Shown here piece by piece: positions 26,735 to 36,197 of a stretch of DNA of 64,000 nucleotides. Below the pieces are notes generated by a model, which was not told the DNA's origin, made no database searches, and saw only the letters and a list, made by a program, of their open reading frames with translations. Position numbers and translations under genes: made by a program. The stretch spans positions 118,643-182,642 of the forward strand of contig NZ_JBKBHC010000009.1 of the NCBI RefSeq assembly GCF_046297895.1, read 5' to 3'. The DNA is from Ferrovibrio sp. Lineage in GTDB: Bacteria; Pseudomonadota; Alphaproteobacteria; Ferrovibrionales; Ferrovibrionaceae. Each line of letters starts with the position of its first letter. Position 1 is the stretch's first letter.

Positions 26735-27894
26735 GCAGCAATTCCGTGCGTCGCCATCACGGCCCTCATGCGGCTGGCCGCGCGGTCGGGATCGTCAAGC
26801 AGGCCGGCGGCATCGGCCAGGCGGAACAGTTCGGCAAGATGCAGGGCCGAACGCGTGCTCTGCTGGCCGCCGACCATGACAAAGTGATCCTGATGGCCGT
26901 TCAGATACGCCATGAAGACCACGCCGGTCTTGTAGAAGCGGGTCGGCGCCCTGAAGATATGGCGCGAGAGCGGCACGGTGGGCGCGAGGATGTCGTGAAA
27001 GGTCTTCACATCCTTGCGGGCCAGCGCACCAAGAGCCGCCGAGGCCGCCGGTGCGATGGCGTCAAATATGCCAAGCAACGCATCGGAATGGCCTTCCGTA
27101 TCGCCGGCGATCAGTTCGGCGTAGTTGAAATCGTCGCCGGTATACATGCGCACGCCTTTCGGCAGGCGACGGCGCATCACGATCTCCTTATCCTTGTCTA
27201 GAAGCGAAATCTTGATGCCGTCGACCTTCGCGGCATTGGCCGCTATCACATCCAGGCAGGTCTGCATCGCCTGCATGTGGTCGCCATTGCCCCAGTAGCC
27301 GGCCAGGGCGGGATCAAACATCTCGCCCAGCCAGTGTAGGATCACCGGCTGCTTCACCTGACTCAGAATCCGGCCATAAACCTTCACGTAGTCGTCGGGC
27401 GTTCTGGCACAGGCCGCCAATGCACGACTGGCCATCAGGATGATGCGACCGCCGAATTTCTCGATTGCCGCGCACTGTTCCTCATAGGCGGCGATCACCC
27501 GGTCGATGGTGACATCGGGGCCCGGCGCCAGATGATCGGTACCGGCGCCGGAGGCGACCACGGCGCCCGGCACGTCCTTCGCGGCATCCAGCGAACGGCG
27601 GATGAGCTCCAGCGCATCCTTCCAGTCCAGACCCATGCCGCGCTGGGCGGTATCCATCGCCTCGGCCACGCCAAAGCCAAGCGACCAGAGATGCCGGCGA
27701 AAGGCGATGGTGCGCTCCCAGTCGATGGCGGGCGCCAGCCATGGGTCGTTGTCGGCCAGCGGATCGGCCACCACATGGGCGGCGGCGAAGGCCACGCGGC
27801 TGAAGGGCGGTTGCGACACCGGGAAGGCCCTCGGCGCCTTCAGGCTGTAAGGCGCCAGCTTGCCGGGACCGGCGGGCAAGTTCAGCGTCGTCAT
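26731..27894 (-). CDS. DUF993-like TIM-barrel protein (dihydrodipicolinate synthase-like family)
   Basis: AFAAAHVVADPL, GVAEAMDTAQRGMGLDW, ILHWLGEMFDPAL, GIKISLLD, MYTGDDFNY, FYKTGVVF. Confidence 0.8.
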   Translation of the reverse strand: MTTLNLPAGPGKLAPYSLKAPRAFPVSQPPFSRVAFAAAHVVADPLADNDPWLAPAIDWERTIAFRRHLWSLGFGVAEAMDTAQRGMGLDWKDALELIRRSLDAAKDVPGAVVASGAGTDHLAPGPDVTIDRVIAAYEEQCAAIEKFGGRIILMASRALAACARTPDDYVKVYGRILSQVKQPVILHWLGEMFDPALAGYWGNGDHMQAMQTCLDVIAANAAKVDGIKISLLDKDKEIVMRRRLPKGVRMYTGDDFNYAELIAGDTEGHSDALLGIFDAIAPAASAALGALARKDVKTFHDILAPTVPLSRHIFRAPTRFYKTGVVFMAYLNGHQDHFVMVGGQQSTRSALHLAELFRLADAAGLLDDPDRAASRMRAVMATHGIAA

Positions 27895-27895
27895 G

Positions 27896-29050
27896 TCAGG
27901 CCTTCAGTTCCGGCAGATCGATCCAGCGGCGCTCCTTCCAGCTTTTCAGGCCGGCCTCGGCGAGCTGCACGCCCTTGGCGCCTTCCAGCAGGGTCCAACG
28001 GAAGGGTTCGTTGTCCACCACATGGCGGATGAACATTTCCCACTGGGCACGGAAGCCGTTGGGATAGACCTTGTTGTCGGGCATTTCCTGCCAGGTCTCG
28101 AAGAAGTTGATGCTCTGCGGGATATCCGGGTTCCAGACCGGCTTGGGCGTGGCCACGCGCGGCTGCACGAAGCATTTATGCAGGCCGGCCACAGCCGAAC
28201 CCAGCGTGCCATCGACATGGAAGGTGACCAGGTCATCGCGCCGCACGCGCGTGACCCAGGAGGAATTGATCTGCGCGATCACCCCGCCTTCCAGCTCAAA
28301 GGTGGCATAGGCGGCATCGTCGGAATCCGCCTTGTAGGGCTTGCCGTTCTCATCCCAACGTTTCGGGATATGGGTGGCACCGAGGCAGGAGACGCTCTTC
28401 ACGCCGCCGAACAGATTGTCGAGGACGTAGCGCCAGTGACAGAGCATATCCAGAATGATGCCGCCGCCATCCTTCGTCCGGTAATTCCAGGACGGACGCT
28501 GCGCCGGCTGCCAGTCCCCCTCGAAGACCCAGTAACCGAACTCGCCGCGCACCGACAGAATCTTGCCGAAGAAGCCGCTGTCGATCAGCACCTTCATCTT
28601 CTCCAGGCCAGGCAGGAACAGCTTGTCCTGTACCACGCCGTTCTTCACCCCGTATTTCCTGGCCGCCTTCACCAGGTCCATGGCCACGGCCAGCGTTTCG
28701 GCAGTGGGCTTCTCGCAGTAGATGTCCTTGCCGGCGGCCATCGCCTTTTTCAGTAGGCCGGCCCGCGCCTGGGTGGTGGCCGCATCGAAGAAGACGGTAT
28801 CGTCCTTGTTCTTGAGCGCCGTGTCGAGATCGTCGGTGTAGCGCTCGATGCCATGGTCCCTGGCAAGGCGCGCCACCTTGTCGAGATTACGTCCCACCAG
28901 GATCGGATCGGGCATGACGCGGCGGCCATTTTTCAACACCACGCCGCCATCCTTGCGGATCGCGCAGATCGAACGGATCAGGTGCTGGTTCATGCCCATG
29001 CGCCCGGTGACGCCGTTCATGATAATGCCGAGACGGATATCCTTGCTCAT
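27896..29050 (-). CDS. Gfo/Idh/MocA-family NAD(P)-dependent oxidoreductase
   Basis: [48 protein letters not shown]. Confidence 0.9.
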   Translation of the reverse strand: MSKDIRLGIIMNGVTGRMGMNQHLIRSICAIRKDGGVVLKNGRRVMPDPILVGRNLDKVARLARDHGIERYTDDLDTALKNKDDTVFFDAATTQARAGLLKKAMAAGKDIYCEKPTAETLAVAMDLVKAARKYGVKNGVVQDKLFLPGLEKMKVLIDSGFFGKILSVRGEFGYWVFEGDWQPAQRPSWNYRTKDGGGIILDMLCHWRYVLDNLFGGVKSVSCLGATHIPKRWDENGKPYKADSDDAAYATFELEGGVIAQINSSWVTRVRRDDLVTFHVDGTLGSAVAGLHKCFVQPRVATPKPVWNPDIPQSINFFETWQEMPDNKVYPNGFRAQWEMFIRHVVDNEPFRWTLLEGAKGVQLAEAGLKSWKERRWIDLPELKA

Positions 29051-29066
29051 TGGTTTGTGTCCTTCT

Positions 29067-30482
29067 TCAAGAATGCAGCGGCATGGGGGCGAGGTCGCCC
29101 CAATCGGGTTCGGCGCCACTGCCGTAAGCGGCGACATCCAGCAGGCTGTCGAGCGCGATGGCGCCATCACGGATGGCTAGCCGCACGCGGCCATCCTGGC
29201 GGCGATAAAGATCGGGATGGGCGGCAAGGAAGGCCGCCTGCTCTGCTTCCGGTGCATCGCCGAAACCGTCGACATAATGGTGCCCATTGCGCTCGACATG
29301 ACTCAGGCCGAGGGCAGCGACCAGCACCAGATCCTGCTGCAGCGCCAGCCCGGCCTGGCAGGTCAGATCCTCGCCAGTGACAAAATAGCCGCCGCCCCAC
29401 TGGATGCAGCGGGCCGCATTCAGGACGGCGCGGTACACGCCCTTGCAGGTCTTGGACGAGATGCCGCGATAGCCCAGTTCGCGGGCACGCGGGAAGACGT
29501 CGTAATCGGCATCCGATTCATCGACAATCAACGGCACCTGAGCCGACAGGCCGTGGACCGGCCGCTCCAGCGCCGAGGCGCGTTTGATCGGCTGCTCGAT
29601 ATAGCGGATGGAGGCACAGAGCCGGCGTAGCGCCGGTTCGTTCTGCATGGCCTGCCACAGCGCAGCAATGCCGGCGGCATCATCGTATTGTTCGTTGCCG
29701 TCAAGGCTGGACTGATAGCCGCCGGAAATACGGTCAAGCACGACGGCAATCGCCGTCAGCCGCGCGAGATCGGCCGCGATGTCGCCGCCCACCTTCAGTT
29801 TGAACCAGGCCTGCCCATAGGCGGCGATCACCGCCTCCAGGCTTTCGGGCAGGCCGTCATTCAGCCGGCGCGCGGGCCCCAGATCGGCCTCGGTAAGCGG
29901 GTCCAGCATGCCCACGGTGTGACGCGCAGCTATGTGCCGCACCGGCTGCAAATCCCTGAGAAAGCCATCTAGCGCAAAACCGGCGAGATCGGGCGTGAGC
30001 GTGGCGGTGATGCCGAACAGATTGCGCTGCAGCGCCGGAACGAAACCCATGCCCTGCATGCGGCAGAGCGCGTCGATCACGGCCCGGTCAAGCAGGGCCG
30101 GACCATAGACGGCGACCAGCGCATTCAGCCCCCGCTTCGCCCCGGCCCGCACCAGCGCCGCATGATGGGTGGCGGAATGACCGAAGGCGCTGCGCGGTGT
30201 GGCATCGGACAGATAGGCGTCGCGCGCCAGGCGCAGGCTGAGACGCAGCTGGTCAAAATTCTGCTCATTGCTGAGCGCCGGATTCTTGTCGAACCATTTC
30301 GGCACCATCAGTTCGGCGGCCATGCCCCAGGCGGAACGGCCGTCTTGTATGTCGATGCGCAGCCGCAGGAAGGCCTGCGGCGCCTCGGTCAGCGTCACCA
30401 CGCCGAAGCGGAATGGCAGGCGCAGGCGCACTGGCCGCTCATACAGCGCGATTTCGGTTATGCGGAAGGCTGGCGCGGTCAC
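29067..30482 (-). CDS. Enolase-superfamily (mandelate racemase-like) protein
   Basis: [49 protein letters not shown]. Confidence 0.7.
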   Translation of the reverse strand: MTAPAFRITEIALYERPVRLRLPFRFGVVTLTEAPQAFLRLRIDIQDGRSAWGMAAELMVPKWFDKNPALSNEQNFDQLRLSLRLARDAYLSDATPRSAFGHSATHHAALVRAGAKRGLNALVAVYGPALLDRAVIDALCRMQGMGFVPALQRNLFGITATLTPDLAGFALDGFLRDLQPVRHIAARHTVGMLDPLTEADLGPARRLNDGLPESLEAVIAAYGQAWFKLKVGGDIAADLARLTAIAVVLDRISGGYQSSLDGNEQYDDAAGIAALWQAMQNEPALRRLCASIRYIEQPIKRASALERPVHGLSAQVPLIVDESDADYDVFPRARELGYRGISSKTCKGVYRAVLNAARCIQWGGGYFVTGEDLTCQAGLALQQDLVLVAALGLSHVERNGHHYVDGFGDAPEAEQAAFLAAHPDLYRRQDGRVRLAIRDGAIALDSLLDVAAYGSGAEPDWGDLAPMPLHS

Positions 30483-31306
30483 CGCGGCGCCTCCAGGAGA
30501 TCGCGCAGATAACGGATGGCGAAAGCCGCCGCACCCGGACCGTCAGGGTCGTAGACGAATGGTTCGACGCCCAGATCGCCGACGTAGCCATGGCGTTGCA
30601 GCGCCGCGATGACCGGCGCGAAATCCATCTCGCCCTGACCCGGGCCCTTGCGGTTGGGATCATTGACCTGGACATGCGCGATCAAACCGCTGGGCAGCCA
30701 GCGGTCCAGCAGCACAGGGACGGGATCGGCCTCGGTGAGTCCCGCGGCGCTGCAATCGATCATGGTGCGGAAGGCGCTGTTGCCGATGGCCTCCACCACA
30801 CCGATCGCCTCGGCCACCGTGTTGATGAAGTTTGTCTCATGTCGCGACAGCGGCTCGAGGCAGTAATGCACGCCCGCCTGTTCCGCCGCCCGCGCCGCCG
30901 CGGCAAAGGCCTCCAGCGCCCAACCCTTGGCCGGCAACGGATCGTGCCCGGGCAGGCGCCGCTGGGCCGGCGAGCCATGCACCAGATAGCGGCCACCAAG
31001 ATCGGCGCAGAGATCGCACAGGGCTGCCATGACGTTGATCGTGCGACGACGGATATCGGCATCAGGATCGGTGATCGACAGCCCCTTGGGCGCCACCAGC
31101 AGCCAATGCAGCCCGGTAACGGCGAGGCCGGTTTGCTCGACGGCGCGACGGACCGCCCGGCGTTCGGCGGCGGTGAGCGCCAGCGGATCGTCAGCCAACG
31201 TGAACGGTGCGAGCTCCAACCCGTCATAGCCCAGTTCAGCCGCCAGAGCGCATTGCGCCTGCAGCGACATACCGGCCAGGACCTCGTTGCACAGGCTGAT
31301 CCGCAT
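30479..31306 (-). CDS. Sugar phosphate isomerase/epimerase (D-psicose/tagatose 3-epimerase-like)
   Basis: ISLCNEV, GYDGLELAP, LVHGSPAQR, CLEPLSRHETNFINT, HVQVND, GVEPF. Confidence 0.82.
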   Translation of the reverse strand: MRISLCNEVLAGMSLQAQCALAAELGYDGLELAPFTLADDPLALTAAERRAVRRAVEQTGLAVTGLHWLLVAPKGLSITDPDADIRRRTINVMAALCDLCADLGGRYLVHGSPAQRRLPGHDPLPAKGWALEAFAAAARAAEQAGVHYCLEPLSRHETNFINTVAEAIGVVEAIGNSAFRTMIDCSAAGLTEADPVPVLLDRWLPSGLIAHVQVNDPNRKGPGQGEMDFAPVIAALQRHGYVGDLGVEPFVYDPDGPGAAAFAIRYLRDLLEAPR

Positions 31307-31319
31307 CGCCTTTTCCGTT

Positions 31320-31364
31320 GTAACCAGATAGTTACTTATACCGACACCTAGCTGCCACCGTCAA
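31320..31364 (-). promoter_or_regulatory. Sigma70-type promoter overlapped by a palindromic operator, upstream of the epimerase gene
   Basis: Minus strand TTGACG (31359-31364)-N18-TATAAG (31335-31340); palindrome GTAAC-CAGATA-GTTAC at 31320-31335. Confidence 0.65.
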
Positions 31365-31373
31365 TACGACGGA

Positions 31374-32909
31374 TCAGCCGTTTCGACCGAACAGCCCGGC
31401 GACGGGCCGCTTGACCGCTGCCATCGCGCGGTCGAAAGCCCGGCGGAAAGATGGCACGCTCAGAAGAATCATCAGCAGCACCGCCGTGGCCATGACCGCG
31501 CTGATCGGGCGGGTCAGGAAGGGCGTGAGGTCGCCGTCCGACAGCACCAGGCCGCGGCGCAGGCTTTTGTCGAGGATGTCGCCCAGCACGATGCCGAGCA
31601 CCAGCGGCGCGATCGGATAGTTGAAGCGGCGCAGCACGAAGCCGATCACGCCGAAGGCCAGCATCACGTAAACGTCGAACAGGCGCGAGGCGATGGCAAA
31701 CGAGCCAACGGTGCAGAGTACAAAGATCACCGGCATGATCAGTGTGCGCGGCACCAGAAGGATCTTGACCAGCAGCTTGGTCAGCACCAAGCCGTAGAAG
31801 AGAATGCCGAAACTGGCGAGCAGCATCATTGCCACCACGTCGTAAACGAAGGTGGGATTCTCGACCATGATCAGCGGGCCCGGACGAATACCGTGGATCA
31901 GCATCGCGGCCAACAGCACGGCGGCAGGAGCCGAGCCCGGCACAGCCAGGGTCAGTACCGGAATCACCGCGCCGGGAATCGAGGCGTTATCGCCGGTTTC
32001 CGCCGCCATAAGGCCCTCCACCGAACCCTTGCCGAATTTTTCCTTCTCCTTGCTTGCCCGGCGCGCCGCGGCATAGGAACTCCAGGCCGCAACATCCTCA
32101 CCCACGCCAGGCACGATCCCGATGAAGGTGCCGATCAGGCCGGAACGGATCACGGTGCGCCAGTACTGCAGCACGTCGCGGATGCGCGGTATGACGCGGT
32201 CGAGCGCGTTGATCACGTATTTGCGAGGCTTCTCGCGCATCACCATCAGCACCTCGGCAAAGCCGAAGGCTCCGACCAGCGCCGGGATCAGGCCAATGCC
32301 GCCCGAAAGATCGTGAATGCCGAAGGTGAAGCGGTCATAGGCATACATGCCTTCCTGGCCAATGGCGGCGATCAGTAGCCCGAGAAACCCGGCAATCCAA
32401 CCCTTCAACGGGTCGGTGCCGGTGAGCGTGCCCGAGATCACCACGCCGAACACCGCCAGCCAGAAAAATTCGTAGGCGCCGAATTTGAGCGCCATCTCGC
32501 CCAGCACCGGAGTGAACAGGGCGAGCCCCACCATGCCGATCCAGGTGCCGACCACCGAACCGGAGGTGGCGATGCCCATGGCACGGCCGGCGAGCCCCTG
32601 CCGGGCCAGCGCATGACCATCGAGGCAGGAAGCAGCCGAGGCCGGCGTGCCGGGAATGTTGAGCAGGATGGCGGTGCGGCTGCCACCGTATATGGCCCCG
32701 ATATAGGTGCAGATCAGCACCAGGATTGCCTCGTTGGGCGACATCTTCAGCGTCATCGTCGTCATCAGCGCCACACCCATGGTGGCGGTGAGACCGGGCA
32801 GAGCGCCGATGATCACGCCGATCAGCGTGGCGCCGAGCGTGTAGACTATCGTGGCCGGCGTGATGGCGCCGAGGATGGAAGACCCGAAAGCGAGCAGACC
32901 TTCAAACAT
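31374..32909 (-). CDS. Tripartite tricarboxylate transporter permease TctA
   Basis: GALPGLTATMGVAL, NIPGTPASAA, EGLMAAETGDNA, LTLAVPGS, HGIRPGPL. Confidence 0.9.
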   Translation of the reverse strand: MFEGLLAFGSSILGAITPATIVYTLGATLIGVIIGALPGLTATMGVALMTTMTLKMSPNEAILVLICTYIGAIYGGSRTAILLNIPGTPASAASCLDGHALARQGLAGRAMGIATSGSVVGTWIGMVGLALFTPVLGEMALKFGAYEFFWLAVFGVVISGTLTGTDPLKGWIAGFLGLLIAAIGQEGMYAYDRFTFGIHDLSGGIGLIPALVGAFGFAEVLMVMREKPRKYVINALDRVIPRIRDVLQYWRTVIRSGLIGTFIGIVPGVGEDVAAWSSYAAARRASKEKEKFGKGSVEGLMAAETGDNASIPGAVIPVLTLAVPGSAPAAVLLAAMLIHGIRPGPLIMVENPTFVYDVVAMMLLASFGILFYGLVLTKLLVKILLVPRTLIMPVIFVLCTVGSFAIASRLFDVYVMLAFGVIGFVLRRFNYPIAPLVLGIVLGDILDKSLRRGLVLSDGDLTPFLTRPISAVMATAVLLMILLSVPSFRRAFDRAMAAVKRPVAGLFGRNG

Positions 32910-32920
32910 GGATCCCGACC

Positions 32921-33427
32921 TCAGGGCAGGCGCAGAAGGAACAGGTCTTCGAACACGTACTGCACCACAAGGCCCGTGATCAGGCCATGAACGGCGGCGA
33001 TGAGGGCGCCGCGCGCCAGTTGGCGGCTGGCGCGCCGGTCCTGGTATTCGAAGATGAAGACGAAAACAGCAATGAAGATGGCCGCCGCCAACCAGAAAGG
33101 CAGGCCACGACCGACCATACCGACGGCGAATGCGAGACAGAGCGCCATGAGAAGCAGCAGGCGCCAATGATCGGCAAGACGGCCGCTAGCCGACGCATGA
33201 CGGGCAAGGGCACCCGCGCCGATCGCGCGCAGCAGCAGCGCGCCACCCATCAGCGCCAGCACCGCGCCCAGCAGCATCGGCACTAGGCCGGGAATCGAAT
33301 AGACGGGAATCGAGAGATGCGCGAGCCGGTCCATGGTCCAACCGCCCCAGACAATCGACAGGCCCAGCATGATCCAGGCCAGACCCCACCACAGATCGGC
33401 ACGCGGCGACGGCTTGTCGTCTTCCAT
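32921..33427 (-). CDS. Tripartite tricarboxylate transporter small subunit TctB
   Basis: Four hydrophobic segments, PGLVP motif, VFEDLFLLRLP end; lies between tctC and tctA. Confidence 0.8.
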   Translation of the reverse strand: MEDDKPSPRADLWWGLAWIMLGLSIVWGGWTMDRLAHLSIPVYSIPGLVPMLLGAVLALMGGALLLRAIGAGALARHASASGRLADHWRLLLLMALCLAFAVGMVGRGLPFWLAAAIFIAVFVFIFEYQDRRASRQLARGALIAAVHGLITGLVVQYVFEDLFLLRLP

Positions 33428-33466
33428 CACTCAACTCGCAGGATTATGGTCGGAACAGGAAACGGA

Positions 33467-33494
33467 CGGCCGCCCGGCTTGAACCGGGCGGCCG
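33467..33494 (-). terminator. Stem-loop after the binding-protein gene (attenuator or mRNA-stabilising element)
   Basis: CGGCCGCCCGG-cttgaa-CCGGGCGGCCG, an 11-bp stem. Confidence 0.55.
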
Positions 33495-33511
33495 CGATAC
33501 TTGCGGGCGAC

Positions 33512-34543
33512 TTATGGCCGCGGGATGCCCAGCGTGTCGGGCGAGACCTTGGCCTTGCCGCCATCCTGCAGGATCCAGGCAGCACCCTGGATCGCCGGGA
33601 AGGCAGCCTTCTTTGCCGCCTCGCCATGCTCGACGCCGAACAGCGCGCCCTTCTCGGTGGCGTATTTCTTCAGCGCCGCCGATTTCTTCATCTGCTCGGA
33701 CCAGATCTTGTCGAGCGTGGCTGTCACCTCGGCCGGTACACCCTTGTGCACGAATATACCGAAATAGTTGGTCTCAGTGCGGAAGCTGGGGATCGTCTTG
33801 GTCACGGGCTCGATCGGATCGACCCCCGCCACTTCCAGCGGCCGGTCGGCCAGCACGGCCAGCGGACGCAGGCGTTTGGCGCGGATCATCTCAACCTGCT
33901 CGACACCGAGCTGGGTCGTGACTTCGGTTTCGCCCGATACGGTGGCGATCACCGCCGGATTGCCGCCATCGTAGGAGACATGCTTGTAGGTAACGCCGGC
34001 GGCCTTGGCGAAGGCCTCGATGCCGAAATGCCCCGACGAGTTGACGCCCGCGGTGGCCACCGACACGGCGCCGGGCTTAGCCTTCATCGCCGCGATCAGG
34101 TCGGCCAGCGTCTTGTAGGGCGAATTCGGATTGACGCTGATGACCGACTGGTTGGCGACGGTGAGATAGAAGTTCCAGTCGGCCATCTTGGTATCGAGCA
34201 GGCCGGACACGGCATAGGTGCCGATATCCTTGGCGGCACCGGCGGTCCAGGTATAGCCGTCCTTGGGTGCCTCCAGCGCGCTCTTTGTGCCGATCGAACC
34301 GGACGCGCCGCCCTGGTTCACCACCACGATCTTCTGGCCCAGAATGCCTTCCAGTTCGGCAGCCGCCACGCGGGTGACCTGATCGGTCGAGCCGCCAGCC
34401 GCCCAGGGCACGATGATGGTGATCGGCTTGCTGGGTTTCCACTGCGCATATGCGCCCGGTGCGGCGAGCGCGATGGCTCCCAGCGCAAAGCCTGCAACGG
34501 CCGCGCGAATCAATTGGCTGCCTGTCATGACACTGCCCGTCAT
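33512..34543 (-). CDS. Tripartite tricarboxylate transporter binding protein TctC (Bug family)
   Basis: KPITIIVPWAAGGSTD, VVNQGGASGSIG, YDGGNPA, RLRPLAV; signal peptide. Confidence 0.9.
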   Translation of the reverse strand: MTGSVMTGSQLIRAAVAGFALGAIALAAPGAYAQWKPSKPITIIVPWAAGGSTDQVTRVAAAELEGILGQKIVVVNQGGASGSIGTKSALEAPKDGYTWTAGAAKDIGTYAVSGLLDTKMADWNFYLTVANQSVISVNPNSPYKTLADLIAAMKAKPGAVSVATAGVNSSGHFGIEAFAKAAGVTYKHVSYDGGNPAVIATVSGETEVTTQLGVEQVEMIRAKRLRPLAVLADRPLEVAGVDPIEPVTKTIPSFRTETNYFGIFVHKGVPAEVTATLDKIWSEQMKKSAALKKYATEKGALFGVEHGEAAKKAAFPAIQGAAWILQDGGKAKVSPDTLGIPRP

Positions 34544-34624
34544 GGCGTTCTCCTCCGTTGTTGTCCCGGCCCGTGGCCGTGGATCGTTGTCGTTGCGGCA
34601 CAGCATTTCGCCACGCAGCGCGCT

Positions 34625-34653
34625 TGTCAACGAAGAAGTAACCGTTCAGTTAC
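34625..34653 (-). promoter_or_regulatory. Palindromic operator next to a TTGACA -35 box, upstream of tctC
   Basis: GTAAC-CGTTCA-GTTAC at 34638-34653; TTGACA on the minus strand at 34625-34630. Confidence 0.65.
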
Positions 34654-34672
34654 GAAAAATGGAGATGCCCCG

Positions 34673-35326
34673 TCAGGGCCGCAGAAAGCCCAGCAGCACT
34701 TCCACCGAGTGGTCGAGCCGCAGCTTCTGCTGCCTGGGATCGAGCAGGTTGCGGCCAAAAATCGTGGATAATGTGTGGACATTGGAGAAGTAGAACCAGC
34801 CCAGCGCCGCAATGGTGATGTAGAGCTGTACAGGATCGACGCCCTTGCGGAACACGCCCTCCTTTTCGCCGCGCTGCAGCAAATCGCGGATCACCGCCAG
34901 AAGCGGGGTATAGAGCTGCTGAATCTTCTTGGAGTCCTTCAGATAGACGGCTTTGTGCAGGTTCTCCGTGTTCAGCAGGGCGATGAATTCGGGATTACGG
35001 GAGCAGAATCTGAAATTGAATTCCAGCAGGTAGCGCATGCCATCGGCCGGCTTCATGCGGGCGACGTCGATGGCATGCTCTTCCTCGCGCATCCGCTCGT
35101 AGGCCTGCTCCAGCACGATCAGCCAGAGCGCCTCCTTGTTGCCGAAATATTCATAGATCATGCGCTTGTTCGAGCCCGAGCGCTTGGCGATCTCGTCCAC
35201 GCGCGCACCGGCCAGACCCTTGGCGGCGAAATCCACCAGTGCGGCATCCAGGATGTTGCGCCGGGTCACCTCGGGCTGGCGCGTGCGCTTTGGCGCGGCC
35301 GCCGCCTTTTTCTTCGGCTTGGTCAT
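34673..35326 (-). CDS. TetR/AcrR-family regulator
   Basis: ILDAALVDFAAKGLAGARVDEIAKRSGSNKRMIYEYFGNKE HTH; RKGVDPVQLYITIAAL C-terminal domain. Confidence 0.92.
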   Translation of the reverse strand: MTKPKKKAAAAPKRTRQPEVTRRNILDAALVDFAAKGLAGARVDEIAKRSGSNKRMIYEYFGNKEALWLIVLEQAYERMREEEHAIDVARMKPADGMRYLLEFNFRFCSRNPEFIALLNTENLHKAVYLKDSKKIQQLYTPLLAVIRDLLQRGEKEGVFRKGVDPVQLYITIAALGWFYFSNVHTLSTIFGRNLLDPRQQKLRLDHSVEVLLGFLRP

Positions 35327-35410
35327 GCGACTCCCCCTGCTTCGGCACCAGTGATGCGGAAGCAGGCCGGCGCCGTCAAGCGGCAAGGCGGGCGGGATCG
35401 GGTGCGACAG

Positions 35411-36184
35411 CTAGGCCAGCATCGCGGGCAGGGTGACGATCTGCACCCCGGCCTGTTCCAGCCCGGCACGGATATGGCGGGCCATCGAGACCGCGCCGGC
35501 ACTGTCGCCATGCACGCAGATCGAGTCGACATTGCAGGGAATCCGCTTGCCCGACAGCGAAACGATGGCCTTTTCCTGCACCATGCGCAGCACGTTGGCC
35601 AGCGCCTCGTCGTTGTCATGCACCATGGCCTTCGGCTGGCCGCGCGGCACCAGGTTGCCGTCATCGTCGTAATTGCGGTCGGCAAACACCTCCTGCGCCA
35701 CCGGCAGGTTCATCTTGCGCGCCGCGTCCACCATGGCTGAGCCGGCCGGCGCGAGGAAGATCAGATCTTTTGAGACGCCGGCGATGCCGCGCGCCAGCGC
35801 CATGGCGAGGTCCATGTCGGTGGCTGCCTTGTTGTTGATCGCGCCGTGGGGCTTCACATGGGTGACTCTGCCGCCTTTTGTAGCCGCCACGCCCATCAGC
35901 GCACCAACCTGATAGGCGATCAGCGCCTCGACCTCCTTGTTGTTCATGGTCATCGGCCGGCGGCCGAAGCCCTGGAGGTCGGGGTAAGAGGGATGCGCGC
36001 CGATGGAAACGCCGTTCTTGACGGCCTCGGCCACCGTTGCCTGCATCACGCTCCAGTCGCCGGCATGGAAACCGCAGGCGACATTGGCCGAAGTGACGAC
36101 TGAAAGCATCGCAGCATCGTCGCCCATGGTCCAGGCGCCGAAGCTTTCGCCCAGATCGCTATTCAGGTTCACCCTCAGGGTCAT
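35411..36184 (-). CDS. pxpA: 5-oxoprolinase subunit A (LamB/YcsF)
   Basis: LNSDLGESFG, ANVACGFHAGD, HPSYPDLQGFGRR, HVKPHGA, EVFADRNY, SICVHGD. Confidence 0.9.
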   Translation of the reverse strand: MTLRVNLNSDLGESFGAWTMGDDAAMLSVVTSANVACGFHAGDWSVMQATVAEAVKNGVSIGAHPSYPDLQGFGRRPMTMNNKEVEALIAYQVGALMGVAATKGGRVTHVKPHGAINNKAATDMDLAMALARGIAGVSKDLIFLAPAGSAMVDAARKMNLPVAQEVFADRNYDDDGNLVPRGQPKAMVHDNDEALANVLRMVQEKAIVSLSGKRIPCNVDSICVHGDSAGAVSMARHIRAGLEQAGVQIVTLPAMLA

Positions 36185-36197
36185 CGCCACACTCCGC

